Shown piece after piece: positions 22,835 to 33,452 of a stretch of DNA of 64,000 nt. Under the pieces are notes generated by a model. The model searched no databases. It saw nothing but the letters and a program-made list of their open reading frames with translations, and was not told where the DNA came from. A program made the position numbers and the translations under genes. Every line of letters begins with the position of its first letter. Within the stretch, counting starts at the first letter, position 1. The stretch comes from Marsupella aquatica (lineage: Eukaryota > Plantae > Marchantiophyta), in NCBI GenBank assembly GCA_973895155.1, contig OZ316893.1, positions 8,146,963 through 8,210,962 of the forward strand, written 5' to 3'.

Positions 22835-25153
22835 TATTTGTCACTAAAGATCTTCTAATTCACAATACTTCCTTAGTGTACATTATTTTATCTTCTAACT
22901 AACTCAATACCTAACTCAATACCTGTGCGTTGCACAAAAGATGTACCTGTGCGTTGTACAAAAGATGTACCTGTGCGTTGCACAAAAGATGTAGTGATGT
23001 AGTTGAGAAAAAATGATGTCATGTCAGCCAAGAGGTCGTGGAGAGAAAAGATATTGTGTTGGCCAAAAAGTCTTGGAGAGAAAAATGTTGTGTCGCCCAA
23101 GAGGTCGTTGAGAGAAAAGATGTTGTGTTGGCCAAAAGGTTATTGAGAAGAAAGAAGTCATGTTGACCAAGGTGTCGTTGAGAAAAAAAGATGTGTCGGC
23201 CAAGAGATCGTGGAGAGAAATTATGTCGAGTCGCCCTAAAGTTCTTTCATTGAGAGAAAAGAAGTTGTTGAGAATAAAAGATATCGTGTCAGCCAAGAGA
23301 TCATGGAGAAAAAAGATGTCGTCTTGGCCAAGAAGTCATTGAGAAAAAAGATGTCGTGTCGGCCAAGATATCGTTAAAAAACAATTGTCATGTCGGCCAA
23401 GATGTTGTTGAGAAAAAAGATGTCATCTTGGCAAAGACATCGTTGAGGGAAAAGATGTAGTGTCGGTCAAGACATCGTTCAGGAAAATACCTGTGCGTTG
23501 CACAAAAGATGTTGTTAAGAAAAAAGATTGTTCCTTTCAAACCTTAACCTCCCCCTTTTTTCTCTTTTCTATTTTTGGTCTTCTCTTTTTCACATTCACC
23601 ATCACTCCACTCCTTCACCGCCCCCCTTCCCCACCCATGTGAGATCGAGGGGCTACCCTACATTGCGAGTGTGCCCCTCGCCTGAGACCTTGTCATCAAC
23701 ACCCATGCCATGCACTTCACTATGTCTTTGGGCCTTATTACTTTTGTTTTTTTTTTTGCATTGAAAATGACACTGCAAATGACTGTAAAAATCACCACAA
23801 ATATTGGGAGAATAGTTTTTTATTGATCTAGTGACTAAAATGTTATTAACAATTAAATTACTTTTAGAGACTCTTACCAATATTATACAAACTTATGATG
23901 CACACAATATTGAAATATGTACAATGAATATGTATAATACAAATTTGCATGTGAATATATACAATATTTATTGCATGGATGTATTCTTGATCCTTGTGTA
24001 TTGATTCTTGTGCATTGTGTTAAAATATTTCCCTTCTTCTTTTTTGTGTCTAGTGTGATTATTCTTGCTTGTCTTGGGCATTGGTGCAACTTTTTGTGAC
24101 TCACACTAAACTCAATTCACACTTTGGCTTTATTGCTTACCTTTGACCAAATTTTTTAATTTTTGTACCCTGCAAATTTGAATGACGACCCCTCTAAAAA
24201 GTTGCAAAATTGTGTATTATAGTTCTTGATTCACAATACTTCTTTGGTGGACACTATTTTACTAAAATCTTCTAATTTTGCATGTTTTATTTATTTATAA
24301 GAATGTCACTATTAAAGGACCCCATGGGAAGCTCCTTCCAAAATCTCTGGAAGCACGTGTTACCACATCAGCACTATTGGTCACAAACAAGAAAGGTTCA
24401 TTATACAAAAAACACCAAACAAGACTATGTGTATTTGAGACAAGTTATAACAAATAGTTAGGCCTGTAATTGTACAAACAATGGAAAACTAAAAAGTAAC
24501 TCTTCAAATAAACAAATAAAAGAGTGAAAGAAAATAAACTTTGGATGGATTGTGATTGATATATCAGTGTTTTCCAGTAGATTGTATGAGTTTTCTATTT
24601 AATTATCAATTTTTGGAATAACCATGGGTAGAAAGAAACACTTCAGATACTATAACATTTACCAAGGTAACGTCAAAAACCCTTTGGCTACTATGGACAA
24701 AAGAACACCGAGGGAACATAAGAAACACTTCAACTACTATGGATAAAAGAATACACGGGAGAATACCAAAGGAATGTAAGAAACCCTTCGGCTTCTATAA
24801 CACATTTGCATGGCCTCTATGGACATAAGAGTACCAAGGGAACTTTTTGCATGGACTACTACCATGAAAATCTACTCTTCTTTCCCTCATCTCCCTATTC
24901 AAAGCTATTCCAATCTGCAATTTTTCATGTGCTCTAACTTAATTTTTGAATAACATCAAACTTAAATAACCAAGGGGTCCTCAAACTGGTTCATATATGA
25001 TGACAAGTTTACCAAGGAAGATCTTCTAGTTTTTGCATTGTTTTTGCTGTATTTATAAAAATGTCACTATTTCATATACTGATGACAAGTTTACCAAGGT
25101 AACCAAGTGAACACTGACAGTATTGTAAATTCAATAGTCCTTAGTGACAATGT
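22835..25153. mobile_element. Nested repeat block: MITE-family TIRs at ~22835 and ~25115-25153 enclosing Helitron-end repeats and a minisatellite
   Basis: Left 'tttgtcactaaagatcttctaattcacaatact' and right 'tgacagtattgtaaattcaatagtccttagtgacaatgta' are approximately inverted and match the compact element at 26116-26312. Confidence 0.5.
22920..23511 (-). repeat. Three tandem 24-bp Helitron-3'-end-like units (tacctgtgcgttgcacaaaagatg) plus a fourth at ~23488, enclosing a degenerate ~36-bp minisatellite (gagaaaaagatgtcgtgtcggccaagaggtcgtt)
   Basis: Direct reading; the reverse complement 'gtgcaacgcac' is the core of common plant Helitron 3' hairpins. Confidence 0.7.
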
Positions 25154-26115
25154 ACTTAAAAGCTGCATTATTTTATTGTCAATAATAACTGAGTTTGAGT
25201 CTTAACGCTTTTAGAGCATAAGTGAGGTGGCTCTAAAGAGTGTCCATGAATTTCAAGGAGTGTGCTAGTTGCATGAAGAGTGAAAGGATGGACATCTAAA
25301 ATATGGACACAAACACCACCTTCAGGTTCATCTCATGGTTAATAAGAAATGTCACCATAAACTAATGGCCAAATAGATTTCACATCAACATTGATGTACC
25401 AAAACCATTGGGTTGCCCAAGCATGGGCGTAAGCCCCCAGATTGAAGGGTCCCCGGCAAAGTGAGGCAGGAGGGGTTGAGCAGCAGATCCAATGGTTACG
25501 CCCATTTTCCAGCAAACTGCAAGGACTTGTTCCTACCAATTTTGCTTCTTGTAAACGAATGACCCCACCAGAATGGCTGGGATTGCCTATTATAGTCCTT
25601 GATACTCAAACGAGGGCCTGCAAACCAACTGTCAATCATTCCTAGACAGATTATTAGCATGTCTCAAAGCTTCAATTTTGATTGACTTTAATTTACTAGT
25701 TAAGGTTAGGAACAGAAAAAAATGTGGACTACCAAATTCATAGTCTATAACTTTTTCCCATAAGAATTGGTTATATGCCATGATCTTCAGTGATTGTAGA
25801 GGCTTGTATTAAAAAAACCAAACTTTTTTTACATAACTTTTTACATTTGCTTATGGCCCAATAGCCATCTTTGAAGCTTTGAGATGTGCCATTAGAGACT
25901 CTAGTAAATAAAAAATCATCAAAGAAACACACGTCAATAGTCAGGTACTGTATACTCTAGGTGCTAAAGGGGGTTGCCAGTCAGCCGCCATTGTAACCAC
26001 CGCCGAGGAACCAGGTTGCTGGGGTTAATTAAACCACCACTAGCCAATTCAAAACCTACTGTATATACATAGTACTCTTTTCCTAAATCAGATTACTTTG
26101 CCACAATTTTTTATT

Positions 26116-26312
26116 ACTTTGCCACTAAAGATATTCTAATTCATAATATTGTCATTGTTTTTTTCTGTATTTATAAAAATATCATTGTTTGTATACGGAT
26201 AACAAATTTACCAAGGGAACTAGGGGAACTATACAAAAATCATGATATTTTTGTAAATATGAAAAAAAAAATTGACAGTATTGTAAATTCAAACATCTTT
26301 AGTGACAATGTA
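26116..26312. mobile_element. AT-rich MITE with ~40-bp imperfect TIRs
   Basis: Left end tactttgccactaaagatattctaattcataatattgtca vs reverse complement of right end tacattgtcactaaagatgtttgaatttacaatactgtca. Confidence 0.65.
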
Positions 26313-26321
26313 TTTAAAAGC

Positions 26322-26517
26322 TGTTTCCTAAATTGTGGAGCTAAAGGGCAGGAGAGAGGCGAGTAATGTGAAAAAGATAAAAGACTTGGATACTGCTCCC
26401 TTTACATGGCGAGTGGAATGTTTCCTAAATTGTGGAGCTAAAGGGCAGGAGAGAGGAGAGGAATGTGAAAAAGATAAAAGACTTGGACACTGCTCCCTTT
26501 ACATGGCGAGTGGAATG
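26322..26517. repeat. 97-bp near-perfect tandem duplication
   Basis: Units start at 26322 and 26419 (tgtttcctaaattgtggagctaaagggcagg...). Confidence 0.9.
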
Positions 26518-26539
26518 GAAGAGAGGCCTAAGGGAAGGC

Positions 26540-26871
26540 GCCCCCATGGAACCCACACTCCTTCTCCCTCTCCGAGCAGAGCATGGCCAGCGTCACTAAG
26601 ACAGGTGGACTGCGAGGAGGTTTGGTTGGGGAGCGAGATCTACGTCTAGGGTTGGCTCTGCTGAGACAGAGCTTTGTACTAGAGCTACTCTCTTCGTCTC
26701 TCTGTCTCTCCCTATCCGTTTATGCTCGAGCAGAAGGACGAGAGCAGAGGGCGAGAGAGAGAACGAAAGAGCGAGGGTTTTGGGGGTGTGGGGGACGAGC
26801 AATTCAATCCGGAATTTCGTCTCTCTGTCTCTTCCTATTCGTTTCTGCTCGAGCAGAAGGACGAGAGCATA

Positions 26872-26902
<31 letters not shown>

Positions 26903-28173
26903 TTTTGGGGGTGTGGGGGACGAGCAATTCAATCCGGAATTTCGTGTCTCTGTCTTCCTATTCGTTTCTGCTCGAGCAGAAGGACGAGAGCAGAGAGCGA
27001 GAGAGAGAGAACGACCGAGCGAGCGAGGGTTTTGGGGGTGTGGGGGACGAGCAATTCAATCCGGAATCGGGATAATCCGGAGGTTGGAGGCACTGTGGTG
27101 TCCTCAAGACATCGAACCGATTGACTAGGATCGCCATTGTGAGCTCGGATCGATGCAAGCCGAAAAAGATGCCGCGAGGAGTGTACGACGAGCTGCCATG
27201 CGGTGAAGACAGGTATGCGTTTTGTGTTTGTTTCGCTGCTGTTCTTTGGTGTTTTGTGTTTCTTCTACTCTCTTCGTCATTTCGTTTGCTTTGGCCAATT
27301 CCACTTAGCACTGATTGTGGCACGTCGGTGTCTGAGTTTGGGTAGAATGCGGACGTTCTGGTGAAGGCATGCTTTCTGCTTCTTTTCTAAAGAGCGGGTT
27401 TTTCAACCATGCCTGTTTTGGTTCTTTTTCTACCCTTTCTTCTTACGGTGTTGAAATATCGTGGACCATGAGTGGTCAGCTGGAATTGTAGCTGGACGAA
27501 AATATTATGATCCTGCCATCGTTGTGAGCTCTACGAATCTTGCTACAGCTCCACTACCTCTCGCAAGCTTAGAGTACCCGTGAGGCCATTGATGCTGGGG
27601 GATCATTCTTGCTTTCTATCTAGTGTTTCCGTATAGTGACGTTTCTCGACGTTTCTGCCCCCCATGTGTCTGAACTTAATTACCGGGTGACACAAATGTC
27701 AAGGTTTTTACATCGACTAGTTTATCAGGATAAAATATCGACGAGATTCTCATGCATCAGACCGTGCTGGATGGTGTTTTATGCTGCGCAGCAAAGCTCT
27801 GCATTGAGGTCTCTTCTGCTGCTAAGAATGCGTTCATATCAGAGGAGCTTTGTATCGGTTGTGGTCTTTGCGTGAAGGTAAGAACTTGAAACTTAAATCG
27901 CACCTGTACATGATGTTGTGTTCTGTGACCTCTCAGTTTTAAAACCTTTCGTCGTTTGCATGTAAATTGTGGTAAGTAACAGCCAGTTCAACAAACAGTG
28001 GGAATTCATGTCGTCTGCCTGCTCATCGTGGGTTTGTGGTTTTGTAAAGGTGCTTTAGTTGCCTTGATTCGTACGTCACTAGCTTGTCCTTCGTACCGCA
28101 GAAATGTTCATTTGAGGCGATCCAGATCATCAACCTTCCAAAGGACTTGGATAAAGACACGACACATCGTTAT
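26540..28173 (+). pseudogene. Truncated ABCE/RLI duplicate 2 (5' leader, exons 27109-27212, 27792-27877, 28102-28173)
   Basis: High similarity to 37690-39110. Start codon ATG>ACA at 27109, +1 insertion in exon 1, homology ends abruptly after DTTHRY. A short upstream homology also lies at ~25955-26020. Confidence 0.92.
26695..27068 (+). repeat. ~123-bp unit x3 (triplicated ABCE 5' leader segment containing a GA microsatellite)
   Basis: Three copies of gctcgagcagaaggacgagagca...gagggttttgggggtgtgggggacgagcaattcaatccggaat; single copy at ~37845-37965 in the intact gene. Confidence 0.9.
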
Positions 28174-29958
28174 ACCACAGTCACGTGAAACCCTGAACCC
28201 TTACCATGTTTCAAATGCCGTCTCTTCAATCCTGTCCTCCCAGCTCTTCCAGAGTTCACGGCCTGTGCGGAAGAGGAGCTAGCAGGTTTTGGAACAGGTT
28301 TGAGCATGGGAGGAGCTGTTCACGTCTGTGTGAGAAATTAGCAATTCATGGATGCTCCTCCCCGTTTTCCAAGGGTGTCGGCATGGGGCAGTTTGCCAGA
28401 GAACAGCTACAAAGGAATGTTGTTGTTTGGGGTCTTGAGAAAGCATCGGACGACCTTGACACTACCAATTTCTTTTTGGAGGAGCTCATAGAAGCCAAGT
28501 CGACTCTCGAAAAGCTTACGGAAGCTGAAAATTCCATGGCCTCCTTCCGTCCTGTACGTCCAACGACTTTCTTAGCTTTGAATGTTCCCATGAATTGATG
28601 ATGAAGCTCTTCATAATTTGCATCCTGAATAGCATAACTTGTGTGCTCAAAATAGTATGCCAGAGTTTTGTCATAACCTTATGGTCGCGCAAAAGATAGG
28701 CGGCCTGCCGAAGTAGGTTTGAGGTTTCAGTGTTTTGGCAATTCTGCCCTTCCATGTGGACAATTCATCTCACGGCAATCTCCAATTAGATATCGTTATC
28801 ATTGGGGATTTTGAACTAAATTTTGAACTATTTTCACAGTGGCAAGACGAGGGGACATCACAACAGAAAGATGACCAGGACATTGACAAATCACCAGAGG
28901 GTATCTGGCAGCGTTCAAAGTCCAGTGGATTGGGAAAACTGCCCCTCGAGTCGAACGGGCCTCCAATGGTTATCTTGCAACATTATCTGAAGGCTGACAA
29001 CTCTCCGGGGCAGCCGAAAGAAAAGCTGCCACGGCTTCCTCTCCCTATGCCTCACAAGAAGCGCCCTGCGGGCCTCCCAAGGCCTTCTCTCCGCCGCAGA
29101 TTGGGTATACCTTACACCAGATAGACCCGTCGGAGACAAAGATACTGCTGACAGACCCACCTTTGAACCCAACGAAAATCCGTGGGAAAATGGTATGCAC
29201 CATCTTTGATTACGACAAATATTATGTTTTCTAAGGCTGGAATGGAGTTCAGTGGGTAGCATTTGTTACTCTTTTGCTCTTGCGCTGTTGGCCGAGGTTT
29301 TTCTGTAATACCTTGAGTGATTGTGATTTCAGCAGCTTCAAACCATGTTTGAAAGATATAATCTTGCTGGGGTATTCGCTCAAATGCAAGCGTGTTCACA
29401 TTTTACGCACAGGTATTTTCTGGTGGTTGTTCAATATCAATGAATTCTCATAGTTTTAATCCTCTGCACTCTGTACTACTGTATGCTCTCGACAGTAACT
29501 CAATTCATGAGATCTAGTGGTCCACCCTAGCTGTGTATTGCAGTACAGAGTTGACCACTTGTTGGTGTGACCCATAATGTAATCGCTAATCAGTAGTGTG
29601 AAAATGATCACATGAGGTAGTCTTCTCTACCTCACTACCCTCGATGAGTTCTTGCAATCGTTATTGGTTGGTTCACCTTCCTGTCGATATCTACCCTGAA
29701 AATTCTGCAAGACCGCAAAGATGCCAAGCTAGTGAGGCCTTTTGATTTGATGAATTCGAGGTCTTAACAAAGTCCTTATTCGAGTTTGCAGGTCTTATGT
29801 CTGGTTTGGTGGTGAATTCGGGCGATGAGTTACCCAGGCAGTAAGTTTTTTGATACCTTCGCTTCATGTCCGCAACGTAGACCGCAAAATTTGCTATGGT
29901 TCGTGTATATTATCTTTTTCCTGGGTCTTCTGATAGTCCAGTTCATGATTGCTGGACA

Positions 29959-31000
29959 CTAACATAGCTCAAGCCCCTTTGCTCGATTGTACCTCAAAGA
30001 GCTCCTACTTGAATGGTGTCCGCTGATTAGCATATCCACTTCATCAGGAACTCCACGAGCAGACATCCGGGTGATGAGAGTAGCTCTCCCACTGTGATGG
30101 GAGTACCTCTCCCACTGTGATGGGAGTCTCCCACTGTGATGGGTAAAAACTTCAGGTGTCAATCCCACTAATTGAGCCAAACGTTTTAGCCCTTACCAGC
30201 AGTGTCTCCCCAGCTTGTGGGATCTGTAGTACCAAATAATCCCCACTGGTTTTGTGATGGCCCGCATTAACAAGTCTCACTTCTCAGTGGGATGTGCTGC
30301 TTGTACTGCATCACCATCATCAAGAAGTCTTCATCAGAATTGTGGAAGACATTTATGAACTGGTCCTCTGGGTCTCTCTAGAGTGTATCAGTTGGTTTTG
30401 CTCTCCCTCTTTTCAACCCTGAACACAAAAACCACATAATATGATCAGTCAACACTGATTTGAATGGATACTTACATCAGATACTCCCTCTCTGCTTTGT
30501 CCAAGCAAGTTTTAGATCAAGTGGGTGCAAGTTGCACATCTCCCCTCCTCACATACCAAACCTGGCAAGACAAAAGAATGCCAAATGCTTTTGACATCCA
30601 TGGCTATAGGTCAGCTGGACGTCAATGTCTGCTAAGATTGCCTTCTCCATCCGTGCACCACTTGAAACACTATTAAAGATGAACAGACACCAACCACTCA
30701 AAACAGAAACAAATACAAAAAGAAAATGCATACCTTTTAGGTTTTTTGCTTACTCTTTCATATCCTGTCTTTGATGGCAGTGTGAGATCTAGCAAGAGCT
30801 GGGTGTGCAATACTATATTAAAATCTTTCTCTAGTAAATTTCCCTCACCTCCCAATAATCTAATGTCACTTGCATGCTTTAAGATTAGGTTGAAGCCATT
30901 CATCATGTTCATGAGAGTGGCTAAAAGATATGCAGTATGTCCACTTTTACAGCTTTTGTGAAATGATTGCCAAACATCTCCCAAGATGCTGTAAAGGGAG
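29959..31000 (-). mobile_element. Decayed tyrosine recombinase gene of Crypton/DUF3504 type
   Basis: Minus-strand fragments in order: KSGHTAYLLATLMNMMNGFNLILK; ARFGM*GGEMCNL (catalytic Arg position now TGA at 30549-30551); IIWYYRSHKLGRH; KRLAQLVGL..FTHHSGRATLITRM..GVPDEVDMLISGHHSSRSSLRY (HxxR, H, Y). Confidence 0.75.
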
Positions 31001-31262
31001 ATTCCTGAGATGTACTGTCATGTCCCAGCCAAGACCCATTTGGAAAGTGTCTGCTCGATTTGCTGCCCATCAATCGTTCTTGTGTGATGCCAGTTTCTCT
31101 TCACCTCAACTTGCCTTGGCTAGCATAGGGTCTGAAACCTCCCATAACCCTTGCACGCTTATGTCCAACTCCTTGACTGCTTTAAAACTCTCAGAAAGAG
31201 TACAGACAACATTGACAGCCACGGAGTCTTGAGCCGTTTTGTCAAAACATTGGCTAGGTCAA

Positions 31263-31631
31263 TGTCATCAAGATCAGTTGACTGCTGGTCATGAAGCTCC
31301 TCCAACGAAAGGTAACTTGAATGTTGCCAACAGTCCCACTCAATTGCAGCTCCACTTTAAGTTAGCTCCTTCATCCTCTTGTATGCTTGTCATCAAGATG
31401 AGTTGACTGCTGGTCATGAAGCTCTGCCAATGAAAGGTAACTCCCTGGCAGTCCCACTCAGTTGCAGCTCACTTTCAGTTAGCTCCTTCATCCTCTTGCA
31501 TCCTTGTCATCAAGATCAGTTGACTACTGGTCATGAAGCTCCTCCAATGAAAGGTAACTTGAATGTCGCCAACAGTCCCACTCAGTTGCAGCTTCACTTT
31601 CAGTTAGCTCCTTCATCCTCTTGTATCCTTG
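31263..31631. repeat. ~120-bp tandem repeat x3
   Basis: Units begin tgtcatcaagat(c/g)agttgact(g/a)ctggtcatgaagctc at ~31263, ~31388 and ~31505. Confidence 0.9.
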
Positions 31632-33314
31632 TAATACTGTCTACACAGATTCAGTTAGGCTTATAATGAAACTAAACTGTCCCCACACATCATTTTAAAC
31701 ACAATTACAGTGGAACTTATTCACATTGCAAGTCATTGAGATTGCAAGACATCAACATCATACAGCACGCTGAAAACAATATCGCATCTGTATTCCCCAC
31801 TATGAAGAAGATCAACCATTCCCCACGCAGAGCAATTGGCTGCCATCCCTGCAACAACTGGCTGTCATCCTTGCTCACAACAATTGGCCTCCATAGCTGA
31901 TCAATGTTTACACTACGGCCTGCCCTAAATCAAGAGTTTGAATGAGCACCCACCAGCACCCTGGTCCCCCTCATTACCCATCTCGATGACTTTTGAGCCC
32001 TCTAATCTCATTGGTGAAACTGAGAATAACCGGTAGCCACACCACACCAAGAGCCCTTGATTAGGTAAAGTAATCATAATCTTGGCCCTCCATGACACAG
32101 AGAACAGTCCCAACCTTCCTGGTCGCGCCAGTTTTAGAACCCTGGTCAGAACCTGGTCAGGCCTATTACTCCCCAATAACCGTCAACCAGATTGTGATAC
32201 CTTGTACATAAAGGTTGACCTTGAACGCTTTGAAGCTCATGATGCTCTCTTCAGCTCGGTAATATTTATTTTGTTCAATCACACTGCCATGGTCAAGGGT
32301 CAAGGCACTAACCTAGATCTAGAGTTTACTAGACCAATCAATGTACTGTAGTTAAAAGCTGATCCTTGTGGAGATTCTCCTTAGCACAATAGATTCTCCT
32401 TAGCACAATAGCAACGAGTCTTCTTGTTGGGATTAAGTATCACAACATGTACCAAGGGGCAGGCAATCTCAACAAGGGCTACTTTAACATCTAAAAATTT
32501 CTAAACAGCTAGCTTATTATTTCATGAAAGCAATATTTGGGACTGATTTCCTTTGGATACTACTATTGGCTACTTTGAAGTGTCTATTCTCAGGTGCACG
32601 TGTATATTCTGCCTTCCTTTCCAAAGCGTTTATCTCAGGTAAGGTGTGGTCTCTTGCATAAGTTTTTCATGTTAAGAGTGCAGTTCATGGCAAGGCAATT
32701 CTATAAATTTGTGGGTTTACTTGAAGGCATGGAAACAACACATGTATTCACAATTTTGTGCAATGCTAGGCTGGAGAAAGAGATTTGAAAATAGAATTGA
32801 AATGTTGTCCTAAAGGAGAACAAAGATGGCCTGAAGGTATTTATTGGAACCAGAGTAGTTTTTTGGCATTTTCTTTCTTGCTGTTGGTGGTGTTAGTTAG
32901 CACACATTTCAGTCCACTTTGCGAAGTGGTTTGGAAAGCTTTGAATTAGTTCTCAAGCATTGTCAAGCATGTGGGCTAGCATCAATTTTATGTTCAACCT
33001 TGGCAAAACTATCACATTTCTGAAAGTACTACTGCAAACAATTCTCTGGCAACAGAAAGTGAGACTCGGGATTGAAGACTCTCCTTGGAAGGAACACATG
33101 GTATATAGGTGATGTTCTTGCTGGGATTATGAAGGTAAGAAAACATGGTATGGTAAATTGTTCACCACCTGTTTTGTGGCATTATTTTTTAGAGTATGTC
33201 CAAAGTAATAAATTTTAGGCTGTCAATTAGAAACTTGTATAACTGGTTAGACTGTTTTCACTCCGGTTGTAATGTGTTGGTGTCTTTCCAGTTTGACTAA
33301 CTTGTTTATGTTAT

Positions 33315-33452
33315 GCCCAAAGAGGCATGACTTTGTGGTAGCTCACTTGAGTAGAGACTGATAGGTCTTGGGTTCAACTATTGTGGCTGACTCTTCCCTT
33401 TCTGTGGGGTTTCACAGATTTCCCCTTAAAACTTTATATAAATAAATAAAAA
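33315..33452 (+). mobile_element. tRNA-derived SINE-like element, copy 1
   Basis: A-box-like tggtagctcacttgag, B-box-like ggttcaact, A-rich tail; near-identical to 54345-54480. Confidence 0.7.

Noticed and set aside
23010-23490. Regularly spaced ~36-bp repeats superficially like a CRISPR array
   Set aside because: Units are degenerate and adjacent with no unique spacers, there are no cas genes and the context is eukaryotic; it is a minisatellite
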